Shown piece after piece: positions 60,501 to 64,000 of a DNA stretch of 64,000 nt. Below the pieces are notes generated by a model. The model saw nothing but the letters and a program-made list of their open reading frames with translations. It did not search any database and had not been told where the DNA came from. The position numbers and the translations under genes were made by a program. Origin of the DNA: Ramazzottius varieornatus (lineage: Eukaryota; Animalia; Tardigrada); assembly GCA_001949185.1 (NCBI GenBank), contig BDGG01000009.1, positions 1,601,624 to 1,665,623 on the forward strand, read 5' to 3'. Numbering within the stretch: the stretch's first letter is position 1; each line of letters starts with the position of its first letter.

Positions 60501-63500
60501 CAGTGGTAAGTACCACCACTATCTAGTCACCCGCTGAATTTCTCAACCAATTTTGCAAGCCGGGCAAACAAAGCCGAGCAGATCGGTTTGCCAAGTGGCG
60601 CACTCTAACAATGAAAAGGCGCGCCACTTGGGGATTTGATCTCATCTACAGTAGTTTATCCGTCCAAATCCCAGTGATATTGTCATAATTTTGTGCGATC
60701 GGGGATGCAGGACGAGGAACGGAAGGCAACGAAGGAATGGAACGATCTTCGCATCAAGGCAGTGGAGAGAGCACTGCAGACCTTCCTGTACCCAGCCTTC
60801 GAGAAAGAGGTTCATGAGAAGCTGCTGGAAGAAGCCAAGCTGTACGTCAAGGTGTGCATTCGCGGCAAACTGTTCGACTGGCTGAATGTGGCTCCCTACG
60901 CCTCTCTGCTGGAGAAGCAAGAGAAGGAGGAAAAGGAGGCTGGAGAAGAAGGACCTTGGGACCTTTCTAGCGGCGTTCGAGTCATGGGCATCGCTTTCGA
61001 GGATAGCTTGTACGTATCTCTTGTATTGCAGTGATACTGTGTCAGACTTGGTGACGTTGCTGTCTTTGTAGCGAGGCACCAGGCTTCGCTGCCGTCGTTG
61101 ACTGTTTTGGAGACCTGATCGACTCGGTCAAGATTCCCACCATCTGTAAGCGCCAAGGCACCATTCGCGTCAACCCGGACGACATTGACAAAATTATCGC
61201 GCTGCTGCGCGACAAGAAGCCCCATGTGGTGGCGGTGGCGGCCGAAGCTCGTATCGCCCTCGACATCAAGGAGGCTTTACAACGTGGGTCCATACTTGTA
61301 TCGACATCTTTTGCTGACGGCGTCGTACAAGCCTTTGTCTTTGACAGAGAAAATTGCCCAGCTAAAGTTGGAAGACAGATTAGGGTCGCGAGATATCCCC
61401 GTGGAGATAGTGGACAACCTGGTTGGTCTGCTGTACCAGAACAGCGAGACTGGGCGGATGGAGTTCCCGCAGTTCGCCCATACTCAGCGGCAAGCCATCT
61501 CTGTTGCTCGACGGCTCTTGGATCCTCTCTTGGTCTTTTGTCAGCTCTTCAACATGGATGACGACCTGCTGAACCTCAACTTCCATCCACTACAGGTATA
61601 TGCCATACAAGAGCTGAAGTGTAGAGTGTCAATTGCTGACCGTCTTGTGTATAGGCTCACTTGTCCAAAGACGAGTTCCGCCGAAGTTTGGAGGTTGAGC
61701 TGGTGAAACGTGTCAACGAAGTGGGCGTGGACATCAACGAGTGCTCTTCACATCCGCTGACGCACGGGCCCACACTGCAGTTTGTCTGCGGTCTGGGCCC
61801 CAGGAAGGCCCAACATCTCTTTCGCATCATCAAGTCCAACAACGGTGTCATTGCCAGTCGTAACCAGCTGGTTATCACATGCAAACTGGGCCCCAAGGTA
61901 GGCGGGACACTTCAACTTGCTGGGTGCTGGTCCAGTTCCGTGCTGGATGTCCAGTGGGCTGGTTGTAGGTCTTTGTCAACTGCGCCGGTTTCATCAAGAT
62001 CAATGCCAGCGAGTTGAGTGACTCGGTGGTGGCCGATCAGTATGTTGAGCCGCTGGACGCCTCTCGTGTCCACCCGGAAACGTACGATTGGGCCAGGAAG
62101 ATGGCCGTGGACGCCCTGGACTACGATGACTCGGTCGATGGAGCCAACCCTAGTGAGGCACTGCAGGAAGTGCTGGAGAAGCCCGGCTGCCTGATGGAAC
62201 TCAACCTGGATGCCTTCGGTGACGAACTGGAGAAGCAGAACTTGGGCAACAAGCGCATCACCCTCTACGAAATTCAACAAGAACTCCACGAACGATTCCG
62301 AGAAACTCGCTTGCCCTATACTTCCCCCGATGATGCCACCGTCTTCTCCATGATCGTCGGAGAATCCATCGACGACTACAGAATAGGCAGACTGATGACG
62401 GTGACGGTAAGTCGCTGTGGCAAAGGCAGCACGTCGGCCACACCTCTGTGTGCTGACGTCGCTCAGGCTAATTTGGGGGTGGCTGGCTTACCGATTATGG
62501 CCGAACTGGTCTTCCTGTTACGCTTCAATAAGTGACTGTGGTTTCAGGTGCTTAATTTCCGTTACTTTTGGAAGAACAGAAACCCCGACCACTTCCCTCC
62601 GGACTATCAGAACAGAGGGCTAGGCTTGATGGTTCCAGCGAAAGCAGCCGCCGTAGAAGGAGGGGGTAAGGCGGGCGACACCGACTGGTTCTGCCCCAAG
62701 TGTCGACGACGGGGCTTCGAGACCAATCAAGATGTCTTCGACCATATGAACCCAGGCATCCCCACCTTCGACTGTCCGGGCATCATGGACGCCGTCTCGG
62801 TGAGGCTGGACAATGGCGTCTTTGGCAAAATTGTCCTGGAGAACCTCAGCGACCGACGGGTAGTCTTTCCACAGGAGCGAGTCAAGGTAAGTACTGCTCC
62901 ACATCAAGCTTGATTGCACTGCCCTAATTTCGATGGCTTGCTTGTAGGCTGGAATGGCTATCCACGCGCGTTTGCTGCATTTGGAGCCAGCAAAGTTCCT
63001 GGCTGAATTCACTTCCAAGACGTCGGACCTGGTCGACAACGAGAACCGCTTCAAGCCAACCAAGGACAAGCACTACGACTACGCTGCTGAGAGCCTGGCG
63101 GTGGAACGGGAAAACAAGAAGCTGAACCAACTGGCTCCTAAGCCGTAAGTGTTTTCCTTCAAGGTAGGAGCTCGGCCAACAACGTCGACAAGATCAGCTG
63201 GTCAAGTGGCGCACGGTGTCAGCCATAATGACAGATGCCATGCGCCACTGGAGAAAGCTGGCCCGGCTCCAGCTCCAATACTGTACAGCAAGAGCAAAGT
63301 GTGGCGTATGACTCTGTTGGACTGTGCTTTGACAGGACATTCTTGAAGAGAGTCATTGCGCATCCAGCCTTTAAGAACATCAACTACGAGGAGGCCGAGA
63401 GGTACCTGAAGAACGCGGCCCCTGGTGAAGCCGTCATTCGGCCCAGCAGCAAAGGCAGCAACAAGCTGACCGTGTCCTGGAAGGTGGCCGAAGGCATCCT

Positions 63501-64000
63501 GGACCACGTCGAAGTCTTGGAGCAAGACAAGGAGAACGCTTTCAGCTTGGGTCAGAAGCTGCTCATTCAGATCGGAGACGAAACCGAAGTATGTCATCTT
63601 CTGTCAACATCTGTTCGATAGTACCCAAGTCCGTTCGAATCGAGCAGTGTCACGGATAATGAAATGATAAGCCCATTTTGCTGTTGTAGACGTATGACGA
63701 TCTGGATGAAATTCTGGCTCGATTCATCAATCCGATGACTCTGCTGGTAAACGAGATGTTGCAACACAAGTACTATGTCGACTCGCATTTCGGCCAGTCT
63801 GTAGTGTCGCATAGTCAACAGCGAGCCGTCATCGACAAGTGGCTGATCGAGCAGAAGCAAGCCATGCCGGCCAGAGTTCCCTTCTGCTTCAGCGCCTTCT
63901 GCCTCCTACCCAAAAAGTTCTTTCTCTGCCATCTGCCCAACCAGAATGTCCGAGAAGAGTTCGTGACGGTTGGCCCCAATGGTTACATGTACAGAAGACG
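57560..64000 (+). CDS. SUPT6H: Transcription elongation factor SPT6 (multi-exon; continues past window end)
   Basis: Acidic N-terminus MAHFLDEEAE, FIVDDEG, D.PERFQ, RQAISVARRLLDPL, VNEVGVDIN, LQFVCGLGPRKA, SRVHPETYDWARKMAVDAL, an S1 region, and SH2 region RVIAHP...IRPSSKG...VSWKV. Confidence 0.97.
60591..60631. repeat. Intronic hairpin family copy
   Basis: CCAAGTGGCGC / GCGCCACTTGG arms in a SPT6 intron. Confidence 0.65.
63205..63249. repeat. Intronic hairpin family copy
   Basis: AGTGGCGCA / TGCGCCACT arms in a SPT6 intron. Confidence 0.6.

Noticed and set aside
62680-62785. CxxC...H...C zinc-finger-like insert in SPT6
   Set aside because: A similar WQCPFC...H...CPG segment is a normal feature of metazoan SPT6.
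1-64000. tRNA, rRNA or CRISPR arrays
   Set aside because: None was recognisable by eye; a covariance-model scan would be needed to exclude small ncRNAs.

Overview
Gene-dense, compact eukaryotic DNA with mostly 55-100 bp GT-AG introns. The NitFhit fusion, septate-junction-type claudins and ciliary DNAAF4 point to an invertebrate animal; the compactness suggests a tardigrade, which is inference only. Genes in order: DGK-theta (-, 3' end off-window), DNAAF4 (-), GOSR2 (-), MKK4-like MAP2K (-), eRF3 (+), NitFhit (+), a class A bHLH (-), a bifunctional pseudouridine glycosidase/kinase (PsuG-PsuK, +, 22984-39861), DRAM/TMEM150 (-), ATP7 copper ATPase (+), SmF (-), HGH1 (+), HMGB (+), a stand-alone RAD54B N-terminal-domain protein (-) and SPT6 (+, runs off the end). 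The most striking structure is the PsuG-PsuK gene. Two giant introns (4.2 and 9.5 kb) interrupt its kinase domain and host five antisense four-pass membrane genes: a tetraspanin and a tandem cluster of four claudins (two sinuous-like, one pickel/Megatrachea-like, one kune-kune-like). Also present are several MITEs, an internally deleted pogo-like element, and a small intronic hairpin family (CAAGTGGCGCAC...GTGCGCCACTTG) in four introns. Exon boundaries were inferred by eye and family assignments come from recalled motifs, not database searches.
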